A DNA stretch of 64,000 bases from Candidatus Uhrbacteria bacterium (GCA_016187515.1 JACPJN010000006.1:856-64855), one strand, 5' to 3'. Shown: positions 18,934 to 27,006, counted from the stretch's first letter. The notes: generated from the letters alone by a model not told the origin. Numbers and translations are program-made.

Positions 18934-18967
18934 GTACACTTCTATGCTACATAGCATGGAAGTGTAC
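18934..18967. promoter_or_regulatory. Candidate operator palindrome upstream of TrpR-like gene
   Basis: GTACACTTCTATGCTA-CA-TAGCATGGAAGTGTAC, 16-bp arms with one mismatch, 8 bp from the ATG. Confidence 0.6.
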
Positions 18968-18969
18968 CA

Positions 18970-19175
18970 TTATTTCAATTTTCTCACAATCCCCCGCTCC
19001 GCGTCAACCCCAGCACCAAAGCCCAAAGGAAAATCGTGGTGAATGGAGGTGCGAGCCACGGATTCCGCCTACGGCTACGACTATTGTATTCAAGGTTCCG
19101 GCTGCGGCTTGGTGCGGGGCAGGCCTCCACCCAATCGCCGTCTTTGAAAATTTTAGTAGCGATTTTGGTGACGAT
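18970..19175 (-). pseudogene. 3' remnant of a sixth phospho-His swivel paralogue interrupted by a 116-bp insertion
   Basis: IVTKIATKIFKDGDWVE (19175-19125) + insert 19009-19124 + VDAERGIVRKLK* (19008-18970), matching the C-termini of the five intact paralogues. Confidence 0.85.
19009..19124. mobile_element. Small non-autonomous element with inverted ends
   Basis: (CC)CCAGCACCAAAGCC ... GGCTTGGTGCGGGGCAGGC; splits the remnant reading frame. Confidence 0.65.
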
Positions 19176-19456
19176 CAGAATAACCGCCGCAACCTATCAT
19201 AAAAATTCTCGCGTGGACCTACAAGATGGATGATCACTAGTTTCTGCATCGCTTCAATTGTATATGCCACTCGATACTGCACATTTTGAAACTTAAAGTG
19301 GAAGGAAAACAAAAAAGAGAGCGAGCCGTGAAGCTTCTCTCCGGTATGCGGATTAGTAATCAACATCTCGGTCGCCTTGAGCAATTCCTGCTCGGCATCG
19401 CGCGAAAGTCGTTTGAGCGACTTTTTCGCCGATGGCGTAATAACCCTCCTAAACAT
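19175..19456 (-). CDS. relE: RelE/ParE family toxin
   Basis: ITPSAKKSLKRL..NPHTGEKL.G.L..YRVAY..VGPRENFY. Confidence 0.85.
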   Translation of the reverse strand: MFRRVITPSAKKSLKRLSRDAEQELLKATEMLITNPHTGEKLHGSLSFLFSFHFKFQNVQYRVAYTIEAMQKLVIIHLVGPRENFYDRLRRLF

Positions 19457-19468
19457 ACCCCGCGCTTG

Positions 19469-19696
19469 TTATCGTCCTACGGCATCTTCAAGCGGCTCAA
19501 ACATTCCGGCCTCCGCCTCCTCCAGGCTTTTTTCAACGGTCTCCATTGCATTACTATCAAGAAGCAACGCCAGCGTTTCGCGTTCAGTAGCGGAAAGCGT
19601 AGGACGCAGGGTCTTAATAGTGATCACCGCCTCCCTCGCCTTTTCAAAAGTATAAGGATGGGGATGGTTATGGATAGTAGTTGCACTTGGATTCAT
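19469..19696 (-). CDS. Putative antitoxin
   Basis: Small acidic ORF directly upstream of relE; ETLALLLD..M..VEKSLEEAEAG. Confidence 0.7.
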   Translation of the reverse strand: MNPSATTIHNHPHPYTFEKAREAVITIKTLRPTLSATERETLALLLDSNAMETVEKSLEEAEAGMFEPLEDAVGR

Positions 19697-19757
19697 ATAT
19701 CATAACCTTACATCAAAGTATGTATTCTGTCAAATTTTCCGCGCAATCCCCTCTTGT

Positions 19758-20639
19758 TTACTCCACATTTTGTACCGGATGCTGCTGCCTATACAAATCA
19801 ACAAGTTCAAGCAAGCGCTTTTGATCTATATCATACTCTTTCCCGCGAAACTTCAATTTCATATCCATCCGCCCTTTCTCATCTCGTTTAATATCAATTT
19901 CAACTGCCTCACCCGGCTTAACCATCCCGCCAATCTCCTCTAATTTTTCAAATCCGCGCGTCCCATCTTTTTTTAAAAGCACCTCTTTCAAAAACGCTAC
20001 CAGTTTTGGCCCATGGGTCAAATTTTCAAACCGCACATCCAAACCCTCATATAATTTTCCGGACATATTGACACCCACTGTCAACCGGTGCGCCATCTCC
20101 GCCGCAATATCTTCCAGGGCTGGCGCCCCAAGGTCACGAGTTTTATTCTGATTCGCGAGCCACCAATCCACAACTGCGGGCAATTCTTTTGCCACGCCTT
20201 CTTGTCTGGCCGCGCCTCTGATAATCGAAAATCCTTTCTCTGGGTCAAGATCACCTGATCGGTAAATGACCACATCCCCAGGCGGTATTTTTCCGTGTCC
20301 CATCTTTTCTTGCTGCTCCCCGCTCATTTCACGATTTACAATCGCGGCCGCGCCTGCCTCATCGCGAAAAGAGCCAAGCATATGCCCTCCGCTCTCACGA
20401 GCGCGTTTTACTCCTCTGCTTCCCGCTACCATCAAATACGCGTCCTGCGGAAGCTCGCGGCCGGTCTTTTTTGCCAACTCAACGCCCGCTTCAGTTAAAA
20501 AATCCATAGGAGTTCCGGCTTTCTCGTCTATGCCCGGCTGTTCATGCCGCCGGAATACGAATTTAACATTCACGTTTTTTCCGCGTTCGCGGCCTTCTTG
20601 CCGCGCCTCGCGGTATGCTTCCTGAAATCGCTTAAACAT
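19758..20639 (-). CDS. Histidine phosphatase superfamily-like protein
   Basis: VFRRHE, LTEAGVELAKKTG, GS..VKRARES, LTHG motifs in the expected order. Confidence 0.65.
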   Translation of the reverse strand: MFKRFQEAYREARQEGRERGKNVNVKFVFRRHEQPGIDEKAGTPMDFLTEAGVELAKKTGRELPQDAYLMVAGSRGVKRARESGGHMLGSFRDEAGAAAIVNREMSGEQQEKMGHGKIPPGDVVIYRSGDLDPEKGFSIIRGAARQEGVAKELPAVVDWWLANQNKTRDLGAPALEDIAAEMAHRLTVGVNMSGKLYEGLDVRFENLTHGPKLVAFLKEVLLKKDGTRGFEKLEEIGGMVKPGEAVEIDIKRDEKGRMDMKLKFRGKEYDIDQKRLLELVDLYRQQHPVQNVE

Positions 20640-20751
20640 ATAATGAATAGTGTGTTAGACGTTAGGATGATATTATATCACAGGCAGACATCCTTTGTAG
20701 TTATATGCACTGTCGAACTATATCATGGATCAGTGCATGTGCAGGAGAACA

Positions 20752-21783
20752 CTATTTGATTATCCGTACAATTCCTTTAATCGCATCTACTTCTACTTGC
20801 TGGCCATCACGCAAAACTTTCGTTGCGATTTTGGTGCCGATGACGCAGGGTTTTTTAAGCTCACGAGCGACAATCGCGGCATGGCAAGTAATTCCTCCCT
20901 CGTCAGTCACAATCGCCGCGGCTTTCTTGACCGCGGCTATCAGCCGAGGTGTAGTCATTATAGAAACTAATATTTCCCCTCTCTTCATTTGATGCATCTG
21001 CGCGTCGGTATTTACAATGCGTACACGGCCCTGTACACGGCCGGGCGATGCACACATACCCTTGAGTTCACGCAATATCACGATCTTTTCCTTTGATAAT
21101 TCTTTTGCTTCAATTACACGCGCTTTTTTCCCGGTATAAAGAAACATCTTGCCATGCTTCAAAAGCAACACATAGTAGTAACGCCGCTGTTTTAGAACAT
21201 CTTTAGACAATCTTTTTCCGGACTGTAATAGCTGCAAAAATTCTTCTGGGAGATAGTACAGTACATCATTTTTTGCTACATCGTGCTTTCTGGCAATCCT
21301 CATTAATACCGGTCGCAGCCGATCCCATGCTTGACATGTTGCAACCTCTGCCTTCTCATGCCAATGTCCTACTGTTTTTAGTTCATGTGCAGTAGATTTT
21401 TCTAGCAGTTTAGCTAATCCTTCGGTATAAAAAACAATCGCGCGACCGAGTTGATAATCATGAATAAATTGAGAGAGAGTTTCATGGTTTTGCTGCCTGG
21501 AGAATTTCTTTGTTGAATTGCTAAGATGTATCAAAATTTCTTTCCAGAAAGGTAAAAATTTGTTAAGATACTGCCGTTTATATTCTGATTCAATAATAGC
21601 AAGGCGCCGGTTTGTTTCAGGAATATGAACATACAAGGCAGTCAATCCGTCACGATTCACAGTTAGCAAATTTCGCACATGTACTTGTGAATGACTACCA
21701 AACATCTCGCGATATCCCGCGACTCGTAAATATCTTTCGAATAGGGCTGTTTCTCTTGTGACAAGCAGCTGCCATTTTTTCAT
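20752..21783 (-). CDS. PEP-utilising phospho-His swivel domain protein, paralogue 5 (short N-terminal domain)
   Basis: GEILVSIMTTP..IVTDEGGITCHAAIVARELKKPC. Confidence 0.9.
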   Translation of the reverse strand: MKKWQLLVTRETALFERYLRVAGYREMFGSHSQVHVRNLLTVNRDGLTALYVHIPETNRRLAIIESEYKRQYLNKFLPFWKEILIHLSNSTKKFSRQQNHETLSQFIHDYQLGRAIVFYTEGLAKLLEKSTAHELKTVGHWHEKAEVATCQAWDRLRPVLMRIARKHDVAKNDVLYYLPEEFLQLLQSGKRLSKDVLKQRRYYYVLLLKHGKMFLYTGKKARVIEAKELSKEKIVILRELKGMCASPGRVQGRVRIVNTDAQMHQMKRGEILVSIMTTPRLIAAVKKAAAIVTDEGGITCHAAIVARELKKPCVIGTKIATKVLRDGQQVEVDAIKGIVRIIK

Positions 21784-21807
21784 AGTGTCGTAATCGGCCT
21801 ACTCTGC

Positions 21808-21842
21808 ACCCCGCACCAGAACAAGTTCGATGCGGGGCAGGC
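21808..21842. repeat. ACCCCGCACC...GCGGGGCAGGC palindrome
   Basis: ACCCCGCACCAGAACAAGTTCGATGCGGGGCAGGC; same ends as the 19009-19124 element. Confidence 0.7.
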
Positions 21843-21851
21843 AATATAAAA

Positions 21852-22994
21852 TTATAGAGTAGTTATGGGTCTACTCTGAACAATAAAAAATTTATTTCGC
21901 TCAAGACACCATTCCACATCACATGGAAAGCCATAGTGTTTTTCGATTTTGGCGCAGAGTTTGGCCAGCTCCACGATTTGGCGGCCGTCGAGTTTTTGGC
22001 GGTGGAGGAATTTTGTGGGGACAGCGATTTCGCGCGTGCCGCCCGATTCGGCTCCCCTCTTAAGGTAAGAGGGGCTGGGGGAGTTATGAGAAGTTCGTAA
22101 CCCCTCCTGACCTCCCCTTACCCTAAGGGGAGGAACGCCACGACGTACAATCATCTTTTTCTGCTCGGATACGCTCACATCAATCAAACTCCAATCCCTT
22201 TTGTCTATAACATACGCGTCCGGCGTTACTTGCCCGCCGACCAGCGCCTCGCCTAATCCCCAGCACGCCTCAATAATCATTTGGTGTTTATCTTTAGTCA
22301 CCGGATGCACCGTAAAGCATACGCCCGCAATTTCCGACTGCACCATTTTTTGCACCACCACCGCCACAGATACATGCGACTTGTGCATGCCTTTTTCATT
22401 GCGATACACCAACGCACGAGGAGTAAACAGCGATGACCAGCACTGCTTCACATTGCCCAAAAGCACCTTCTCCGTGGTGTTCAAATATGACTCAAGCTCC
22501 CCTGCCCACGAGGCCTGCGAAGAATCCTCGGCCGTGGCTGACGAACGGACAGCAACAAACAAATCCCCCTCCCTTAAGGTAAGGGAGGGCTGGGGAGGGT
22601 TATGAGCGTTCCCGTCCGAGGCGGACAGGCGTAACCCCTCCCGACCTCCCCTTACTCTAAGGGGAGGAGATTGTTTAGCAAGCGCACGATACGCACCCAA
22701 TATCTCCTCTTGCAAATCCTTGGGCATCCGCTCGTCGTGGATCAGATCACGAATCGTTTCCGAAGCATGCTCTACGCGGTGGATGTCTTTGTAGTTAAGC
22801 TCATGCACGATGGAGTCAACCTCAACTTTCAAATCCGTCTCCTGCAAAAACCGCTCAAACGCGCTGGCAGTTACCACAAACCCCGGCGGTACCGCAATCC
22901 CCGCCTTAGTCATCTCCCCCAGCGACGCCCCTTTGCCTCCCGCAATATGCACGTCCTTTTTGGAAAGCTCTTTGAAAAATTTTATGTGCTGCAT
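21852..22994 (-). CDS. Stand-alone PEP synthase/PPDK-type ATP-grasp (nucleotide-binding) subunit with two in-frame palindrome insertions
   Basis: GGKGASLGEM, AVRSSATAED, SWAG, VVVQKMV, GLGEALVGG..TPD, DVEW, IVQSRPIT then stop; no His or pyruvate-binding domain. Confidence 0.92.
   Translation of the reverse strand: MQHIKFFKELSKKDVHIAGGKGASLGEMTKAGIAVPPGFVVTASAFERFLQETDLKVEVDSIVHELNYKDIHRVEHASETIRDLIHDERMPKDLQEEILGAYRALAKQSPPLRVRGGREGLRLSASDGNAHNPPQPSLTLREGDLFVAVRSSATAEDSSQASWAGELESYLNTTEKVLLGNVKQCWSSLFTPRALVYRNEKGMHKSHVSVAVVVQKMVQSEIAGVCFTVHPVTKDKHQMIIEACWGLGEALVGGQVTPDAYVIDKRDWSLIDVSVSEQKKMIVRRGVPPLRVRGGQEGLRTSHNSPSPSYLKRGAESGGTREIAVPTKFLHRQKLDGRQIVELAKLCAKIEKHYGFPCDVEWCLERNKFFIVQSRPITTL
22052..22133. 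repeat. In-frame palindromic dimer in ATP-grasp gene
   Basis: Encodes PPLRVRGGQEGLRTSHNSPSPSYLKRG. Confidence 0.9.
22565..22669. repeat. In-frame palindromic dimer in ATP-grasp gene with nested mini-palindrome
   Basis: Encodes SPPLRVRGGREGLRLSASDGNAHNPPQPSLTLREG; central CCCGTCCG-AGG-CGGACAGG. Confidence 0.9.
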
Positions 22995-23023
22995 ACAACT
23001 TTAAAAAAACGCAGCGCATCTGA

Positions 23024-23386
23024 TTACCGCTGCAGAGTCAATGTATCATGTGGAAAATCGATGTACAACGAATACCTGAATCGCTTCAATAATCCCACAC
23101 CTACAAGAGGAATTCCTCGGCCAACTAGCACGCTCACTACATGCACGGTATTTTCCATGGAAACCTCCGCGAGCGCCGCATCCCAGTGCACAATTTCCTC
23201 ATTTGCCAAAGAAACTGGTTCAGTATGACTAATCTCCAGTCCCAACTCCGCAACTTTTTTCGGCGGTATTTTCAACTCTCCGGTAAATCCCGTATCTATA
23301 AGCGCAACAATTTCTTGTACACTTTGATGCCAGCCCACGACAAGCGCAATTAATGGTTTGTTCTGATACACAACCCCTTTCAGCAT
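23024..23386 (-). CDS. Clan AA (retropepsin-like) aspartic protease
   Basis: ALIDTGFTG motif, C-terminal LVGVGLL. Confidence 0.8.
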   Translation of the reverse strand: MLKGVVYQNKPLIALVVGWHQSVQEIVALIDTGFTGELKIPPKKVAELGLEISHTEPVSLANEEIVHWDAALAEVSMENTVHVVSVLVGRGIPLVGVGLLKRFRYSLYIDFPHDTLTLQR

Positions 23387-23389
23387 ACT

Positions 23390-23662
23390 TTATGCTTGCA
23401 ATCGAGCAAGGGTCTCCGCCGCGGAATATCCAATTTTCACCACATAAAAAACTTTTTCAGGATATTTCTTTTTTGCTTCCTCAACCGCCTCCGCACTCGT
23501 ATTACCGATAAATACCTCGCTGGTATCAATATCAATCGCCAAAAACTTTCCGCGATCCTTAGGGCCGTACTCCCCTTTTATTTGCTCGTAAATCTTCCTC
23601 CCCTCGCGCGCAATCTGTTCAATATCAACCTGTTTTACGAGATTGACAGTTGACGTATTCAT
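23390..23662 (-). CDS. Small hypothetical protein coupled to the aspartic protease
   Basis: GKFLAIDIDT..FIG...EA...A..KYP..FY..KIG; 3 bp gap to the protease gene. Confidence 0.7.
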   Translation of the reverse strand: MNTSTVNLVKQVDIEQIAREGRKIYEQIKGEYGPKDRGKFLAIDIDTSEVFIGNTSAEAVEEAKKKYPEKVFYVVKIGYSAAETLARLQA

Positions 23663-23671
23663 AGAATGACT

Positions 23672-23917
23672 TTAGTGAATTGCGAGTTGCCCCATTAAAT
23701 TTTTTGTATTATCAAATCCCTTTGTCCTTCCAGAAAAATATTCAAGATGCGCCTCGGCAACCATCTCATCAATCGTTGCGGGCTCATTTACCTCACGCAG
23801 AGAATCAACATCAATTTCACATACTACCTTGTTACTGGACTCATTGCGATACAAACACTTAAGAGCAGTCAAAGGAATATTGACCGCGGCATGTGTGGAT
23901 TGCGTATTCATATTCAT
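23672..23917 (-). CDS. Small hypothetical protein, antitoxin-like C-terminus
   Basis: EAHLEYFSGRTKGFDNTKNLM; co-oriented with neighbours. Confidence 0.5.
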   Translation of the reverse strand: MNMNTQSTHAAVNIPLTALKCLYRNESSNKVVCEIDVDSLREVNEPATIDEMVAEAHLEYFSGRTKGFDNTKNLMGQLAIH

Positions 23918-24084
23918 CTAGATAATAATTATCCTCTGCCTCTATACTGTCATGTTACCATGATCATATCTGCCTGTCAACCTGCGTTCCGACAAAATAT
24001 CCTTCAACTGCGTAAGTTCGGTAATCGCATAAGTCGGCATTCCATTCTTGAGCATTTAGAAGTTTAGCGCTGAATTTCCCTCTT

Positions 24085-24873
24085 TTAATCAAATCCATTG
24101 TATCCATAAATCACTGATACTTCAAGTGGTCTCGTCAAAATACCACCAATCATTTTTGTGCCATAACATTCCTCGATCTTCTGTTTGGTTCCCTCTCTGC
24201 GATGTTCTGGAACGATTCCCCATAAACTTGTTGATTGGAAATATTGTAATGCCTGTGCCATTGTAAAATATTCTTTATGATCAAAACCGCGCCTGTGCAC
24301 TTCAGTAAATCCTGCCTGCACTAAAATTTCCTGCGGATCATAGAGCGCCTTAACATGCGGCGGTATATTCTCTACAACATTGCATACAATATCTCTGTAA
24401 TCCTTCTTAAATTCTGCTCGATCATTCTTATTTACCACAAAAAATAAACCGCCATGCTTCAACACCCGACGAATTTCAGAGATTGCCTGCGCATTGTAAA
24501 ACCAATGAAAAGCACCAAATGCAGTTACCGCATCAAACACCTCATTCTCAAAAGGAATCTTCTCCGCTCGCGCTTGAATATATTCAATGTTATATCCTTG
24601 ATAGCTCTTGGCAACATTGAGCATCTCCTCGTCAGGATCACAACCTATAATTTCTCCACCTCGCGCTGCAAGTTGCCTCGTGGAGATGCCTGTACCGCAA
24701 CCAATATCAAGCACTCGTGACGGTAGATCTTTTACCAACAACCAAAACAGCTCTATCACTTCTTGGGGATATCCTTGGCGTCCTGTATTATATGCGGTAC
24801 TGAATGCTCCAAAATCTCCATAACCGTGTGGACATGTCGCGGTTGTGGTTTCCATATAGTTTCCTACGTCCAT
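24085..24873 (-). CDS. Class I SAM-dependent methyltransferase
   Basis: VLDIGCGTG, AEKIPF...FDAV, AFHWF, RVLKHGG; true start may be a few codons downstream. Confidence 0.9.
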   Translation of the reverse strand: MDVGNYMETTTATCPHGYGDFGAFSTAYNTGRQGYPQEVIELFWLLVKDLPSRVLDIGCGTGISTRQLAARGGEIIGCDPDEEMLNVAKSYQGYNIEYIQARAEKIPFENEVFDAVTAFGAFHWFYNAQAISEIRRVLKHGGLFFVVNKNDRAEFKKDYRDIVCNVVENIPPHVKALYDPQEILVQAGFTEVHRRGFDHKEYFTMAQALQYFQSTSLWGIVPEHRREGTKQKIEECYGTKMIGGILTRPLEVSVIYGYNGFD

Positions 24874-24890
24874 GCTCTAGAGCATGGAAG
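24869..24890. promoter_or_regulatory. Partial copy of the 28-bp palindrome at the methyltransferase start
   Basis: TCCATGCTC-TA-GAGCATGGAAG. Confidence 0.45.
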
Positions 24891-24896
24891 CAAACT

Positions 24897-25886
24897 TTAC
24901 AACAACGCACTCGCCACCGCAAAATACACGAGCAAGCTCAAAATATCCTGCACCACGGTGGCAAACGGGCCGGCGCCCAGCGCTGGGTCGCGCTTAAAAC
25001 GGATGAGAAGCCAGGGGATAAAAATCGCTACCAGTCCGGCAAGCACAATCGCGATTGCCATGGCTACCGCCACGGCCAAGGCGAGGTCAGCGCGCCTCGT
25101 AAAGAATCCGGCAAACCCAAAAAGGATGATTGAAAGAAACGCCGCGAGCACGCTATCCACTATCACTTCCTTCGCCAGATATCCGGCGGTGGAAAGTTTT
25201 TTGATTGCCGAGGCGCGAATAAAAATGATCTGAGTTTGCGCGCCAACCGCGGATGCCATATAGACCGTAAGCGGCATGAAAAACGCCAGTTGCACAGTGC
25301 GCGCCAGCGCCTCTTCAAAACGGCTCACCACAAAAGTCGCCAAAAATCCGCCAAACAGTCCGAGCACCAGCCAATTTAACCGAATGCGAATAAGATGCGC
25401 GACTTTATCATGCAGCATCTCTAAAATATGTTTTTGTTCTATAATCTCAACGCCTCCGATGCGTAAAAGGTCTTCAGTGTGCTCACGGTGCAGCGTATGC
25501 AAAATGGTGTCGGTGCCGACAATGCCAAGAAATTTACCCGCATGATCTTGAACCGGCACGGCTTTGATGCCGTGCTGAATCGCCGTGATCGCCGCGCGCT
25601 CTAAAGTGGCATGGGGATGGATTGTTATAAAATCATGCTTGGTGATTTTTGAAATCGGCGTATCGGCATGCTCACGCAAAAGTTCTTTGATGGAGACCAC
25701 GCCCTTAAGTACGCCATCCTCCACAATATAGATATAATTAATGGACCCAAACTCATGCTTTTTGTCGGTCAAATGCGCCACCACCTCGCGCACCTTGGTT
25801 GTCGGCGCGAAAGTGGGGACTTTAGTTAAAAGATGCTGATCCACAAGTTTTGACGTCATAGTGCTCATTATATCATGTTTTCTCAA
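24897..25886 (-). CDS. mgtE: MgtE-family magnesium transporter (CBS pair + membrane domain)
   Basis: YIYIV..GVLKGVVS, RLNWL, FFMPL, DPALGAGPFATVVQD. Confidence 0.88.
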   Translation of the reverse strand: MRKHDIMSTMTSKLVDQHLLTKVPTFAPTTKVREVVAHLTDKKHEFGSINYIYIVEDGVLKGVVSIKELLREHADTPISKITKHDFITIHPHATLERAAITAIQHGIKAVPVQDHAGKFLGIVGTDTILHTLHREHTEDLLRIGGVEIIEQKHILEMLHDKVAHLIRIRLNWLVLGLFGGFLATFVVSRFEEALARTVQLAFFMPLTVYMASAVGAQTQIIFIRASAIKKLSTAGYLAKEVIVDSVLAAFLSIILFGFAGFFTRRADLALAVAVAMAIAIVLAGLVAIFIPWLLIRFKRDPALGAGPFATVVQDILSLLVYFAVASALL

Positions 25887-26298
25887 AAAGCTCTGCCATA
25901 TTCAAGGCGGCTTTTGCCGCGCAGTACCCGCGATTATCGTGGTTGTTACGGCTGCGCGCCTCGGCTTGTTTCCAGGTGTTACAGGTAATAATTCCAAGCG
26001 TAACCGGAATCATATATTCTTCGGCCACTTCTTGAAGCGCGGGAAAAATCGCGTGATTAATCCAATAGTCATGGGTGGTCGCGCCTTTCACGACCGCCCC
26101 GACGGTCACGATTGCGGCGTACTTTTTGGTACGGGCCAGCAGGTGGGCCGCCAGCGGAATCTCCCACGCGCCCGGCACGCGCACGATTTTGATGCGCGAG
26201 GCCGGTACGCGCGCCTCCTTAAACGCTTTGAGCGCTCCGTGTAAAAGTCCCTCGGTAATTTCTTGGTTAAAGTTTGCGACGACGATGGCGTAGTGCAT
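25873..26298 (-). CDS. ribH: 6,7-dimethyl-8-ribityllumazine synthase
   Basis: IVVANFN.EIT, VPGAWEIP, GAVVKGATTH, IPVTLGIIT; start at ATG 26298. Confidence 0.95.
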   Translation of the reverse strand: MHYAIVVANFNQEITEGLLHGALKAFKEARVPASRIKIVRVPGAWEIPLAAHLLARTKKYAAIVTVGAVVKGATTHDYWINHAIFPALQEVAEEYMIPVTLGIITCNTWKQAEARSRNNHDNRGYCAAKAALNMAELFEKT

Positions 26299-26361
26299 AG
26301 TGTGGTGATTAGATGATTCGCAATTAGATAATTCGAGTTGCCTAATTATCAAATCATCGAA

Positions 26362-27006
26362 TTATCGTTCGCGAAGCGAACTAATTATCCGCTCAACATA
26401 TTTAGCCAGTATATCAACTTCAACGTTCACCTTATCTCCTACGCGCACTTCACCCAAATTGGTGTGTTTTTGTGTGTACGAGGTCAGTGCTACGGAAAAG
26501 CTACCCACCCCCTCTTTCTCCCCCTTGACAAGGGGGAGATTAAGTGGGGGTCCCACCTCCACAATCGTAAGCGCCACGCCGTTTACCACCACCGACCCTT
26601 GCGGCACAAGATAGCGCGTGAGCGCGCGTGGTACGCCAATAACCACGTACCGCGTGTGCCAGCGTGTGCTGACTTTACGCACCACCCCTACTCCATCTAC
26701 ATGTCCGGAAATAAAATGCCCGCCAATCGGCTGGCCTGCGAGCATCGCCGGCTCCACGTTCACGCGATCACCGACTTTCCACGCGCCAAGTGTGGTTCGC
26801 TTAAGCGTGGAATCCAGGAGTTCAAAGGTCAGTGTACCACGCGCACGTCGAAGTGAAGTCAAACACACCCCATCCACACTCACGCTTCCGCCTTCTGGAG
26901 CGCGGCGCGCGATTTTTGGATTGGTTTTGATGGTGATAAATCTTGCTTTGCCGCGCGCCTGCACACGCTCCACTGTGCCAAGCGCCTGAATTATTCCTGT
27001 AAACAT
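26362..27006 (-). CDS. ribE: Riboflavin synthase (alpha type) with in-frame palindrome insertion
   Basis: MFTGII, VDGVCLT, GGHFISGHVDG, VNVEVDILAKYV. Confidence 0.95.
   Translation of the reverse strand: MFTGIIQALGTVERVQARGKARFITIKTNPKIARRAPEGGSVSVDGVCLTSLRRARGTLTFELLDSTLKRTTLGAWKVGDRVNVEPAMLAGQPIGGHFISGHVDGVGVVRKVSTRWHTRYVVIGVPRALTRYLVPQGSVVVNGVALTIVEVGPPLNLPLVKGEKEGVGSFSVALTSYTQKHTNLGEVRVGDKVNVEVDILAKYVERIISSLRER
26503..26551. repeat. In-frame palindrome in riboflavin synthase
   Basis: TCTCCCCCTT-GAC-AAGGGGGAGA; encodes PPLNLPLVKGEKEGVG. Confidence 0.8.

Noticed and set aside
8890..21783. Diversity-generating retroelement acting on the paralogues
   Set aside because: No reverse transcriptase and no template/variable repeat pair with adenine-specific differences seen
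20752..22994. Frameshifted single PEP synthase (ppsA)
   Set aside because: ATP-grasp ORF ends cleanly at its domain boundary, a 68-bp gap follows, the next ORF starts with an unrelated domain, and no pyruvate-binding domain exists
8478..23917. Classical integron
   Set aside because: No IntI-like tyrosine recombinase and no recognisable attC (RYYYAAC..GTTRRRY) sites between the genes
24897..25886. CBS protein as the third subunit of a phenylphosphate-synthase-like complex
   Set aside because: The CBS pair is fused to a clear MgtE membrane domain and lies in the riboflavin operon
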